Assembly (NCBI GenBank): GCA_002269645.1
Contig: NIVC01000896.1
Location: forward strand, 279,487 to 343,486
DNA: 64,000 bases
Reading direction: 5' to 3'
From: Macrostomum lignano
Taxonomy: Eukaryota
Shown here: piece after piece, positions 26,991 to 38,947 of the stretch
How positions within the stretch are numbered: the stretch's first letter is position 1
Layout: every line of letters starts with the position of its first letter
The notes under the pieces: model-generated
What the model was told of the DNA's origin: nothing
Database searches by the model: none
What the model saw: the letters and a program-made list of their open reading frames with translations, nothing else
Position numbers and translations under genes: made by a program

Positions 26991-27589
26991 TAATTATCCA
27001 AAATGTTGATTTCCAATAATTAAAATTACTTTTTCTCATTTTGGCAAAATAAATTGCGATGAGTCAGAACTTGCATCAGACAAAAAAGTTTCTTTTTCAA
27101 CTCAAAACCCTTTCTCAATCAACAATCCTTGCCTATCCTTTCAATCACAAATTCTTAGTGCATATGTCATTGGCCTGAGCATATTCTGGTCTGTAGCAGG
27201 AACTCAATATGCCAATCCCTGACGGTCTTAGACTCCTGTATTAGCCGAACTCAAAGAATAAAACCTTTAATAAATACGCTGGTATTTTCTATTAGCAGAA
27301 ATCAACATCACTTGTGTGTACTATTTCATTATCTGAATTAAATGAGCTACTTCAGCCGTACTACTTGACGATCTGACAATCGCTCAAAAACCTAACCCCC
27401 TCCTTCCAACAATTCAGCCATCCCCCATGAGCCCCCATCAGCAATTCCCCCAGCAGGCCTTGACATGTCAGAAATTCCCTTAGTAAGCATTGACATCGCA
27501 GCAATTCCCCCAGTAAGCCTTGACATCACAGAAATTCCTCCAGTAAGCCTTGCATCTCAGCAATTCCCCCAGTAAGCCTTGGCACCTCA

Positions 27590-30500
27590 GAACAACAACA
27601 ACAACAACAGAGTACGCTGCCAGTTCACAAAAGCAGCGTCAGATGGCGCGCTTCAAAGCTTGGGCGCGAACAAAAGCCGCACCGCCGGCAGAGTCCGGGG
27701 CGCCGGCGTCAGCCAGCAGACAGTCGACGTAGCGCCGAGTCCTCGCCTGTCCCCGCCGGTAGGGTGCCTGCAACGTAAGTAGCAGCACCTCCTGCACCGG
27801 CTCCGGACAGTAGGCCTCGGCGCGGATGACGTGGCCTGCCAGCTGGAGTCGCCGACGGCGCAGCAGATCGCTAGGACGGGCCAGGCCGGCGCGATGATAG
27901 AGCGCCGTGTTGGTGACTCGCTCGTTGCCGATCTTGAAGGCGGCGCGCAGCAGGCCAGCGTGCGCCGCGTCGACTTGAGCCTCGAGCGAGTCTGTCAGCG
28001 TCCAGGTCTCGGCGTTGTATAACAGGACGGTCTCGATCACCGCCTGGAACAGCGCCGCCCTCTGGCGGTCCGGTAGGGCCTCGGACTGCAGGACTGACCT
28101 TATAGAACGAAAGGCAGCCCAAGCAAGTCCTCGGCGACGCCGCAGATCCTCGCGGACGTCGGGAACCAGACCGCCGAGGTAGACGAACTGCTGACATCTT
28201 GGAAGCTCACTCGCCTGTCCGTCAGCGCCTCGGCAGAAGATTGCAGCCTCGGTGTCGTCCGGCACGCATAGCACGACGGTCTTCTGCGTGTTGACCACCA
28301 GGCCGACGCTCGCCGCAACGGCAACCAGCCTATCCAGCTGTCGTTGGGCGCCCTCGACGGTCGAGGACAGCAGGGCGAGGTCATCGGCGTAGCCAAGCAC
28401 GCTGAGCCGTCTCTCCGGTTGGCGTCGACCCACGCGTCGCCGCAGCAGGAGGCCGTCGTCGTTGGAAGGCAGAGCAGTCCGTAGCACCCAGTCAAGCACC
28501 AGAATAAATAGGAACGGCGCTAGCGTATCTCCCTGGAGCACCCCGGAGGATGTCTCGAAGAAATCCGATAGGCCGTCCGGTGTTGAGACAGCAGCCGTCG
28601 TGCCGTGGTACAGCGCCATGACAGCAGAAATCAGCAGCTCTGGCACGTTGTACGCACGGAGCACCTCTGGGAGCGCGTCCCTCACGACCGAGTCGAAAGC
28701 CTTCCTGAAATCGACGAAGATCAGGATCAGGGTCAACTGGCGGATGCGCGCCTCCTCGATGACTCGTCGAAGAGCCAGGATCTGCGTCACTGTGCCGCGA
28801 TGGGGCCGGAATCCGTTCTGCTCAGGTCGCAGGTACGGGTCCAGCACAGGCTGTAACCGCGATAGCAGCATGCGGTTGAACAGCTTCGCGGCGCAGGACT
28901 GTAGGCAGATGCCTCGATGCTCCTCGAGCTTGGTGGTGCCCGGCTTCTTTGGAATGGCGACGATGTGCGCCGTGGTCCATTCGTTTGGCGCCACCTCACC
29001 GAAAAGCACGCGGTTCATCACTCTGGCGACCTCAGTGGCCACGCAGTGGATCCGCAGCGCCTCGGTGGGCACCTCGTCCGGACCAAGCGCTTTGCCGCCC
29101 GGCGTCTGCCAAGCGAACTTCACAACGTCGGCTGTGCTGACTGGGGCAACATTGAAGCTCTCCTCCGCCGGCAACGGCGTCTCCGGCGGCAGCCTCAGAT
29201 TTTCTGGAAGCGGAGGGGCGGCGCGTTGACAATGGCGGCGAAGAACTCGCGCAGCTCGTTCCTGCGCTCATCCGGAGTGTCGCCTGCCAGGTTGAGCGCA
29301 ATGCGCCGCTTTCGCCCCGTCAGAGTGTTGATGGCGGACCAGGCCACGCGCCCTCTGGCATCGGGCCCTGCGGCAGAGACGGCTTGGATGGCGTCATCGA
29401 CAGTGGACTGCTGCCGCTGCAGGTAGACAGCCGCCAGAGCCTCCTCCGCCTCGCGAGTTGGCCGCCCACTCAGACGGAGCCTCTCCAGATCTTCCCTCGC
29501 TTCGTCGATCGCGGGGTCGTCCTGCCAGACCGGCTGCCCGCGCTGGGCTGGTCGCATCAGCGGGACTGCTTGCTCCGCAGCGGCTCGAACTGCAGCGCTC
29601 ACCTCCGCGTACTCGGCTCCTCCACGCTTGTCGCCCAGCGCAGTGACAAAGGCACCGGCAAAGCGACGTCGCGTCTCGGCGTCCCTGAGCGCGCGGTAGT
29701 AGCGCCGCGGTGGCCGCTTTGGCGGACGGTAGAGCGGGTCCCGAAGCCGAAGGTCGCAGATGAGCAGCCGATGGTCGGACCGCAGAGCCAGCGGCGTAAT
29801 GGTGTGGCAGTTGGTGACGCGGCGGCGCTCACGAAAGCGCACAAGCACGTGGTCGAGCTGTGCCAGCCTCCGCGTAGCGTTCCGGCCACGCGCGTTCCGC
29901 CGCCTCCGCTTGCAGCCCACGAAGGTCGCGAGCCTGCCCGGCGACTTGCGGAATCTGGTGTTGGCCGACACCATGTCCTGTCTCTCCAGGAAGTCCTCTA
30001 GCGCTCCGGTGTTGCCGTTCTCGCGCGCTGTCACAAACAGCGATCGCTCGGACCTACGCAGAACTGCGTTCAGGTCTCCGAGAATGACCACTGTGTCACG
30101 TTGCGCCATCTCCTCCACCCGCACCGAGAGTTGCTCGAAGAAGGCCTGAGCCTCATCGGAGCGGGTAGCAGGCGGCGCATACGCGCAGAACAGGCGGGTG
30201 TTCCGGCCGCGAAGCCGGACGTCGACCCGAAGCAGCCGAGAAGACAGGGAGATGCAGCGACAGCTCTGCTGCAGCCTCGGTCCGATCAGCGCTCCAACTC
30301 CTCCACGGCCTCGCTCATCCGCTGAGGTGTACCAGAGTGTCCAACCGGCGCCCAGGTCCTCACAGTGAAGTCCGGGGTCGGCTCTGATAGACACCTCCTG
30401 TAGTGCGATGACATCACAGCTGAGGTCGAGCGCTAGCCTCGCCAGCAGCCCTCTCCGCCATGTGGCCTTGAGAGTGCGGCAGTTCAGCGTCCCGACCCGA

Positions 30501-31023
30501 AGCGTGCCCTCTGGTACGGCTGGGGCTCGATGCTGGTGAGCCTCATGGTCCCCGGCGCCACCCGGAAGATCCAATTGGGCCAGCGCAGCAGCAGCTCGGC
30601 GGGCGGCGCCACGTTGCCGACCTCGCCAGTTTCGATCGCGACAGCGTTCAACTCGCCGACGCGCGCTCCGCTGCCCTCGCTTGGTCCTGCCGCATTTGGC
30701 CGCCGCAGCAGTTAAGCGCGGCTCTCCACTCTCACCACGAGGAGGTAGCGGCATTTATCTGCACCGTGGTGCAAATAAATTAAGACTGCAAATAAATTAA
30801 GACTGCAAATAAATTAAGACTGCAAATAAATTAAGACTGCAAATAAATTAAGACTGCAAATAAATTAAGACTGCAAATAAATTAAGACTGCAAATAAATT
30901 AAGACTGCAAATAAATTAAGACTGCAAATAAATTAAGACTGCAAATAAATTAAGACTGCAAATAAATTAAGACTGCAAATAAATTAAGACTGCAAATAAA
31001 TTAAGACTGCAAATAAATTAAGA
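27590..31023 (-). mobile_element. RTE-clade LINE, near full length (APE endonuclease plus RT)
   Basis: Endonuclease ORF 30754-29195 (VGTLNCRTL, ALQEV, AYAP, LGDLNA, LDHVL, SDHRLL) and RT ORF 29174-27639 (FVDFRKAFDS, GVLQGDTLAP, YADD) are separated by one missing C at ~29215. It has a (TTG)n 3' tail at 27590-27609 and a candidate TSD CACCTCAG on both sides. Confidence 0.9.
30772..31023. repeat. 17-bp tandem array (TAAGACTGCAAATAAAT)n at the RTE 5' end
   Basis: About 15 essentially identical units lie between the RTE 5' region and the TSD. Confidence 0.95.
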
Positions 31024-31904
31024 CACCTCAGCAATTCCCCCAGTAAGCCTTGGCATCTCAGAAATTCCCCAGTAAGCCATGGCATCTCAGCAATTCCCCC
31101 AGTAAGCCTTGGCATCTCAGAAATTCCCCAAGTAAGCCTTGGCATCTCAGCAATTCCCCCAGTAAGCCTGACATCTCATCATAAGCCTCATAAGCCTCAT
31201 AAGCCTTGAAATCTATATTTCGCCGAAAGCTTGGCCCTGTAAGCAATTCCCCGAAGAGCCAAAGCATTTATCTCTAAGTAATTCACCCCATGAGCCTTTA
31301 ATCTTAGCAATTCCACCAGGAATCCTTTATGGCTGATACGACGATTGTTATATAATTGAACCCAATCCTAACCATAACCTGCAGCCGAGTCACAGCCCAA
31401 GAATTTCAGCAATTCCACCATGAGCTTCTGAAGTCTAAAACTTTCCCCAATGAGCCTTAAAATTTAGCGACTAACCTATCTTGGCAATTCCACATGAGTC
31501 TTATGGTTGAAAACTAACCCTAACCCTGCCAAGTCACAGCGTTTCAGTAAGTCCCACCATGAACCATGGTATTTCAACAATTACCCTTGACAATTCTTGA
31601 ATTTCAGCTATTCCCTTATGAGCCTTTGAGATCTCAGTTAGTCTTATGTGAACCTTAGAATCTCAGCAATACCCAAAAAGCCACAGTCTACAGCATTACA
31701 AGGATCCCCGTGAGCGTTGACATTTCAGTGATTCCATAATGAGCCTTGATATCTCAGAAATTTCTCAGAAACTCATAATTGAGCCACAAAATTTAGGCAA
31801 TATCCCCAAGTCTTGCAATCACAGCAATTCCCCCCTAGCCTTGAGCCACAGTATAATCCAGATATCCCCCATGAGCTGTGACATTCCCCAATGAAGCCAG
31901 CAGC

Positions 31905-32170
31905 CAGAATAATTTTATTGCTCCCCCCCCTTTAAATGGGGCCCAGTGAGTTGTCTTATCAGTTGGCTCTGGCGCAATCAACTAAAATTGGCTGTGAAGT
32001 TTCTCGCTGATGAAATTTGCATTGAAAAAGCCTATTTAAAACAGTTTTTCGAATATTTAATCCCTTTAGCATTGAAGCAGATACAAGAAATTTTAACCAT
32101 ACAATCCCAGGCTGATTACAAATCTTTTGACGAAAACGCGATCAAAATCGGTGAAGAATTGCAATCTCTA
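31905..32170 (-). repeat. Diverged inverted copy of the 1.13-kb repeat family at 37081-41005
   Basis: TTATCAGTTGGCTCTGGCGCAATC..AAAATTGGCTGTGAAGTTTCTCGCTG is the reverse complement of sequence near 38970-39025. Confidence 0.75.
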
Positions 32171-34631
32171 GAGCGTTATGGACAAGCATAGAAATAATAG
32201 AGATTGATGGAGCTGTGCCTATGCCTTCAGCAGTTTAGCAGCATTGTCTGCAGTTAAGCAATTTCTTACTTTAAATGGAGCTAGGCAACACCCATTGATG
32301 AGATCAGCAACACTTAAAGCAGTTTTACAAATCAAATTTGCTTAGTGGTTTGTGCCGATTAGCAAAAATAATAAATTGTGCACAGTTGAGTGAAATCTAT
32401 AAATAGCAATTGCCTACGATGCGGCCATTGTCTTAGTTCAATCAAATACACAGCAGTACACAGAGTACACAGTTCAGAGTATCAGAACTCAAGGAATCTA
32501 GTAAAGTGAGCCTAGGCTTGAGTTCCTCAAGGAACTCAAGGAATCAGAGTCACAGAGTACACAGAAATACACAGCAGTAATCTGAAACCTAATGAGATGG
32601 TCGAAATGGCAGCCTTCAGTTATCTTGTTTGCAGTCTAAAACTTTCTTTAAAATAAAGCATTTATGCCCTCATTGGCCTAGAATCGTTCCCTCAGCAAAC
32701 TGCAATAATTTACTCCGCAGTCCACAGTAATCCTCCTAAAAAGTCTATCACTATCCTCCAAGCATTCGGCAGTTCTGCAGTTCTGCACCTCTGCAGTTTG
32801 CAGCGAAACTCTCATAAGTCTGGAGGAACTATCTCAGAGCAGTTTGCAGTTTGTCCCCGTTGCAGTTCCATTTGCAGCCTACAACTGTTCCTTTAACAAT
32901 TCTCATTCATCCTCTCAGCAGTCTGCAGTTCTTCTCTCGGCAAGCTCCTCAGTATCCTCAGTCTTCTAAGCAATAATCCTTCCAATAATCTAAAAATTTG
33001 CCCAGCATTTAGTACGTCTCTCTAATCGATTTTCGATACATATCGGCAGTCTTTTGCGAAACTCAGCATTTGTCAATACCTTCAGCAGTTTAGCTATTTA
33101 GCAGCATCGTCTGCAATTTATTAGCAATTTCATACTTTCATGGAGCTTCAGTGGGCAATACCCATTGGTGGGATCAGTAAGTAATACACGAAGCACACGA
33201 AACCATTTTTTACAAATCAAATTTGCTTAGCAACTCGATTTTATTACTCTGTCACAATTTGCCATTGACCAGCCATCACTCCCGGTGAGCACTTTACCAC
33301 TTCTTACCGGCTAGTGTTTACCAAACATCCCACCGCTGCCACCATTTGATGGGTTTTGACCTTCCGGCCCCCTTGTGGGGAAGCCTTTAGGCCTCAGGTC
33401 TCAGAAATAAATCAATTAGAGTCCTGGCCCCCCACTCCTGTCAGATGGTCAGCCCCATGGTAGCTTGATCGTGTGGCGAGCAGTCTAGGTCCTATAGCTA
33501 AGAGAAGGGACAGCGAGAGAAAAGCAGGGAGAAATTAGTTAACCCGCAGATTAGCTAACTCGCTGCCACCAGCCCGTACGTCCTGGCTCACCACACCGGG
33601 ACTCTCGAAATCGGGCTTCCGACTAGAAGGGGCTTTGCACTTACCTGCCAACTAGCATCTTTTGCTGTCAATCTCGAAGTCATAGCCGATGATAAGGGAC
33701 ACTGCTGGGACTAGATCGCATTGGCCATGCAGGTACAGAGGGGACTTGTACAGGGGATTCTTGCAGTGGCGAGTCTATGGGGTAGCTACATGTACTATTA
33801 CATTGCTAAATACGAAGAATTGTACTTTTGGCCTTTAACGCGCCAACTAGCCTCTCGTAGCGCTGATGATAGACTAACTCGAACTTCAGAGACCGCATGA
33901 TTCATCACCCGAGCCGCTTGGCTAACCTAGAGTGCACAGAGTACATCTCTAGCGCCGATTTTGCACTGTTGGCAATTTTGCTCACTGGTTTGATAGATTG
34001 ATCGATTAAGAACTGCCTTGCCATTGGTCCACTGTGACCGGCGCCTACTAGCTTAGCTACTCATCTGAGCCATCGGCGAAAAAAGAAATAAAACCGATAA
34101 AAATAACTGTTTGATTTAACCTTCTCCTTAAATCACTTCACACCTCAGATTGAATTGGAGTTTCAGACTACTAGCAGTATTATTGAATGACTTCTGCCTC
34201 AGCAACAGCACTACTGAACAAAATGAGCAAAAGTGTGCGCCTAATCCAGCTACTGAAACAGGGGACAGATAGGGAATCACCCAATCAAGCAAGTCTAGGC
34301 AGCCTCTCACCCAACCAATCAGAAACTCAACAGCCGGAGACCAGGTAATCCACAGTGACCGAATCGGCTTAGTGCTTCGCAGCTGTAGACCCGGGATGAT
34401 GCTGATGTCACAATCTTTGCTGATAGCTAGCAGGTGATGCTCTTAACTTTGATGTTCACTGCTGATGACCGGGGAGAATCGTCCTTGATGATGATGGGGG
34501 AAGTCGCAATCCGGGGATCAAGAAACGACGGTCGCGCTCCGGGATGTCTCAAGCCAGGCTAAGGTCCCAGGAGGTGCAGGTCCGAGCGGGCCAGCGTCAA
34601 ACATGATGGCAGCGCGCGGCAAGTTTTTGTT

Positions 34632-36314
34632 GTGGATGAAGGCAACATTGCCGAATACCAAAGAATGCCGGACGACAAAATATATAAACTGATTGATAAG
34701 CCGACAGAGCTAAGAAATGCTGAAGAGCGTCTTGAAAAGTTGAAGAATAAACGTGAAAAACTTATGACTCAGAGCGAATATACAGCAAAACATCAGGCGT
34801 CTGTTCAGGACAAGGAACAGGAGTCAACAATGAATCGCCTAAGAGACAGTGATAGGGAAAAACTATCCCAGTGCAACAAAGACATTTCGAAATTGCAAAG
34901 TGATATCGAAAAGCTAAAGAGTAACTTCACCAAGCAGCAGAGACGGGAAGCCTTTGAAAAGGGTCTGTCGCGGCGTTTTCAAGCAAAAAACAATGAATTT
35001 GAAAAGCAAAAAGCCAGGCGAAATCAATTGGAAAAGGAGGTTGCCGATCTTGAAAACAAAGCAAAGCGCTGGCTAGAAGCCAGATTAAGGAATCCTTCAG
35101 TCCGAACCAAGAGTCTGGACTTCGCTATCAAAAAGATTGGTCTAGAAGCTGCTATTGGCGCTTTCGTAGATGCAGTTTTGTCCGGCGTGATCTCCTGCGA
35201 CGAGGAAGTCCGCCGGTACCTCGCAGGGGAGATCAGCAGCTCCGAGTGCGCCATCAGGATAGCCAGAAGCGCGGGGTTCGGCGCTGTCAGAGGCGGCGTC
35301 ATCAGAGCTGTTGTCACATCCCCTAATGTTTTGGGACAAATCTGCAAAAGCGTTGGCTACACCACGATTGGCAAGGCCTTAACCGGGTTCGGAAGACTTT
35401 TGGGCCCAGCAATGCTTGTCGGAACAACCATCTACTCTAGGCATCAAATTCTTAAGGCTTACCGTCGCAGTCTACTGAGCAAAGCGGAGAGGGACAAGCA
35501 ACTGGCAAGACTCGGCGGCACTGTGGCAGCAACTACTGGAGGTGAGGCTGGCTGGCTTTAAAAATTGATTTGTTTGGCTAGTTAGCGAGACGACAGTCGA
35601 GCCACAGTCAGTGATGCGATAAGTAGTTATGTCCATTCCGCAGGCTGCACCCTGAGCACACAATTATGTACGCAGACACGTACTCATACATGCAGGTCTG
35701 GCTTTCTATAGTCGTCAGGCATGTGGACATGTAGACTCAGTCTCATTTAATCTGAGTGTGAAGGAGTATTTTAGGGTGCAAATCGTACAAGCCCGGGGTC
35801 AACTTATTGGGGGCATGAGTATACTATCGAGCATTATCTCTTATAGTTTGACGCTATATGTAACTCTTGAGCTTCCTTTGGGAATTTGTGTTAGATTAAA
35901 ATTCTATTTAAAATTTGGCATTAATGTTTTTTTGACATTTTTGCAGGAACGATTCTAGCTTTGATGGTGATCGGTGGCCCATATGTGCTACTCGTAGATG
36001 CTGGCATCGTTATTTTTTCCGTCCTTGCTGACCACTACTTGGGCGACAAATTTTGGAGCATGTTTTTCGAAGAAGACCAAGCAGAATCAGAGGCACTGAA
36101 AATGAAGCAGTTGGCTCAGTTGGAAGAAATTGTTACTGAAGCTGCTTACCAGCTATTAAATGTGAACAAGTACTGCTCTGATGAAGAACTGCAGGAAGCC
36201 TACAGAGCCGCCCAGTTGAAAAATCACCCAGACAAAGGAGGCGATAAAGATATCTTCATCGCCGTGCAGCTGGCTCACGAAGTGATTATGCAACAAAGAG
36301 ACCGCGATAGCTAA
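34632..36314 (+). CDS. Coiled-coil, glycine-rich hydrophobic, C-terminal J-domain protein; 5' end unresolved
   Basis: An exon ending at 35541 (GGAG|gtgagg) joins in phase 1 to exon 35947-36314. The J-domain reads AYQLLNV..ELQEAYRAAQLKNHPDKGGD. The frame is open from 34563. Confidence 0.65.
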
Positions 36315-37290
36315 ATAAAAACATTGATCGAGAAATGTCACAAAATAATTTATTTTATACACAAGGAAATTTGAATTTTTTAACGATTAGATGCACTCAG
36401 CAACATTGAAAAGTCGCCACTCTATGCGCCAGTGAGCAATTTCTCTTGATCATGGTAGCTTTCATCCGTCCAACCGTCGCACACCGCTCCACCACTTCAT
36501 TCCTCAACTCAAGTCTGCCGCGTGGGGTAGCTACGCGCGTAAGTTGCGTCACTCGCAAGATTGAGAGACTTTACCTGCACTCTCAACAGGGGCGACCACA
36601 GACGGAATCTTGTGTGATGGCGACTTTTCGATGTTGCTGAGTATACATCGATTTTTTTCTATAACCTGCTGTGCGATTTTTTTAAATTTTGTTTTACCTC
36701 TCTGGTGCTGGTGCTTATATATTCAAGCTCAATGACGATAACAAAATTAATAACTGAAATTTTGTTTTTTTTGACAGCACTTTCTTTAGTTAACATGGAT
36801 TTTATTGATTTTTTTAGATTTAGTGTCTAAAACTTATTAATTCATACTGATTGTTTTTCAGTTTCATTTTTTGTTTTGATGCTTGTATACTCTTGATATT
36901 TAGCTAGCCAATTCGCGTTAATCTACTTTTCGGACTTCAGTTCCACAGCTTCTATCAGATTCTCAATACATGGCTCTAAAGCTGAATTAACGTTGCAAGG
37001 AATATTTTACTCTTTCTACTGTATGAAGCATAACAAATTTTTAAGTTCTAACTAAAGATTGAAATTCCCATATCTAATATATCTAAAGTAGCAACCCCCC
37101 CTCCACCGGCCCTGTCTGTCTGTGGGTATGTAACAGGTTATCTCCCAAAAGGCTCAACCGATTTTCTCCGTTTCTTCGCCAAAAGATGTCAAATGTGCCC
37201 GGGACGTTACATGTAATTTTATTAAGCTCTAGCTCAATGCTAAGGGGATTAAATATTCGAAAAACTGTTTTAAATGGCCTTTTTAGTGTA

Positions 37291-38947
37291 CAGTCATGCA
37301 CAAAAGTAAGTACACCCCAAGCAAAAATTGAGAAAAACTGTTAAAATTTCTGAACCGTCAGCTGTATTACAACAAAACTGCATCACAATGATCCTTATTG
37401 ACTGGCATTTATTTTGACACATCAAGCTTTGAAAAACTCTTTGTGGCTACGGAGCTATGGCAAAAAATGCTCAAACACACCTGTGCAAAAGTAAGTACAC
37501 CCTGTCTTAATACTTTGTAGCTCCACCTCGTGCAGCCACCACAGCCAAGAGCCGCTTGCGGTAGCCATTCACCAGCGCAGCGCACCTCTCAGCGGGCACT
37601 TTCTGCCACTCCTCGATGCAGAATTCGGCCAATTCCCGCAGATTCTTCGGCTTCCTCGCGTGAACCATCTTCTTGAGATCCGTCCACAGCATCTCGATCG
37701 GATTCAGGTCAGGGCTCTGGCTTGGCCACTCCATGACTTTGATGCGCCTCTGCTGCAGCCATCGCCGAGTTGCAGCGCTCGTGTGCTTGGGGTCATTGTC
37801 CTGCTGCAGTGTCCAAGCTCGTCCAAGACCGAGGTCATGCACTGATGGCTGCAGGTTTTCATCAAGGATCTGCTGATACACAGCCGAATTCATCTTCTCG
37901 GTGATGTGCATCAGCCTGCCGGTGCCAGCAGCTGCAAAGCAGCCCCACAGCATGATGCTGCCGCCTCCGTGCTTGACTGTCGGCTTCAGGTGTTTCTGCT
38001 CAAATGCGGTGTTCGGCTTGCGCCACACGCGCTGCTTCTCATTCCTGCCGAACAGCTCAATCTTGGTTTCATCAGTCCAAAGCACTGACTGCCAGTAGCT
38101 GTCTGGCTTGCTCAGCATCGCATTAGCAAACTGCAGCCTGGCATCGCGATGTCGCTGCTGCAGCAGAGGCTTTTTTCTTGGAATGCAGCTGCGGAGGCCC
38201 GCGCGGTTCAGGGCTCGGCGAACAGTAGTCCTGTGCGGCAATAAGCCAGCTGCATTCAGCATCTGCTGCAGCTCGCCTGATGTTGCATTCGGGTTTTGGC
38301 TGACCTCTTGCGTGAGTTTGCGCAGCGCGCGAGCTGAAATTTTACTCGGCCGGCCACTGCGAGGCAGAGATGCTGTGGTGCCGTGCTGCTTGTACTTTGC
38401 GATGATGCGCCTAACCGTTGATACATGCACATTGAAGGCAGTCGATATCCGCTTGTAGCCATCGCCACTATCGTGAGCTGCTACAATGCGATTTCTTAAC
38501 TGAACTGACAGCTCCTGGCCTCTTGGCATTGTCCTGGCGTGTATCAAGTCAATGACGAAGCGGCTGCATTGCACATAAGCTTTATAGTAGCATGAAAACC
38601 AGTAGCTGAGCCGATTGAGGGCAGGGGCAAGCAGGACTAAAGTTGCTGGTGACGTAACAGGCAGTGAGGCGGCTGGCAATGTACTTATGGTGGCTCGCAT
38701 CTGCACAGAGGAGGTTATACTGGTAGTAAAGGGCAGGGTGTACTTACTTTTGCACAGGTGTGTTTGAGCATTTTTTGCCATAGCTCCGTAGCCACAAAGA
38801 GTTTTTCAAAGCTTGATGTGTCAAAATAAATGCCAGTCAATAAGGATCATTGTGATGCAGTTTTGTTGTAATACAGCTGACGGTTCAGAAATTTTTACCG
38901 TTTTTCTCAATTTTTGCTTGGGGTGTACTTACTTTTGTGCATGACTG
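37291..38947 (-). mobile_element. Intact Tc1 transposon with long IR/DR-type terminal inverted repeats
   Basis: TA target duplication at both ends. TIRs of ~210 bp (CAGTCATGCACAAAAGTAAGTACACC) each contain inner and outer CAAAAGTAAGTACACC direct repeats. Total length 1657 bp. Confidence 0.95.
37507..38529 (-). CDS. Tc1 DD34E transposase, 340 aa
   Basis: Uninterrupted ORF from MPRGQELS, with GRPSK, WTDETK, QQDNDPKH and SPDLNPIE motifs. Confidence 0.93.
   Translation of the reverse strand: MPRGQELSVQLRNRIVAAHDSGDGYKRISTAFNVHVSTVRRIIAKYKQHGTTASLPRSGRPSKISARALRKLTQEVSQNPNATSGELQQMLNAAGLLPHRTTVRRALNRAGLRSCIPRKKPLLQQRHRDARLQFANAMLSKPDSYWQSVLWTDETKIELFGRNEKQRVWRKPNTAFEQKHLKPTVKHGGGSIMLWGCFAAAGTGRLMHITEKMNSAVYQQILDENLQPSVHDLGLGRAWTLQQDNDPKHTSAATRRWLQQRRIKVMEWPSQSPDLNPIEMLWTDLKKMVHARKPKNLRELAEFCIEEWQKVPAERCAALVNGYRKRLLAVVAARGGATKY

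Noticed and set aside
31515-31526. Telomeric (TAACCC)2
   Set aside because: Two units are expected by chance.
33248-34413. Possible solo LTR bounded by TGTCACA at both ends
   Set aside because: The flanks give no target-site duplication and there is no second copy in the window.
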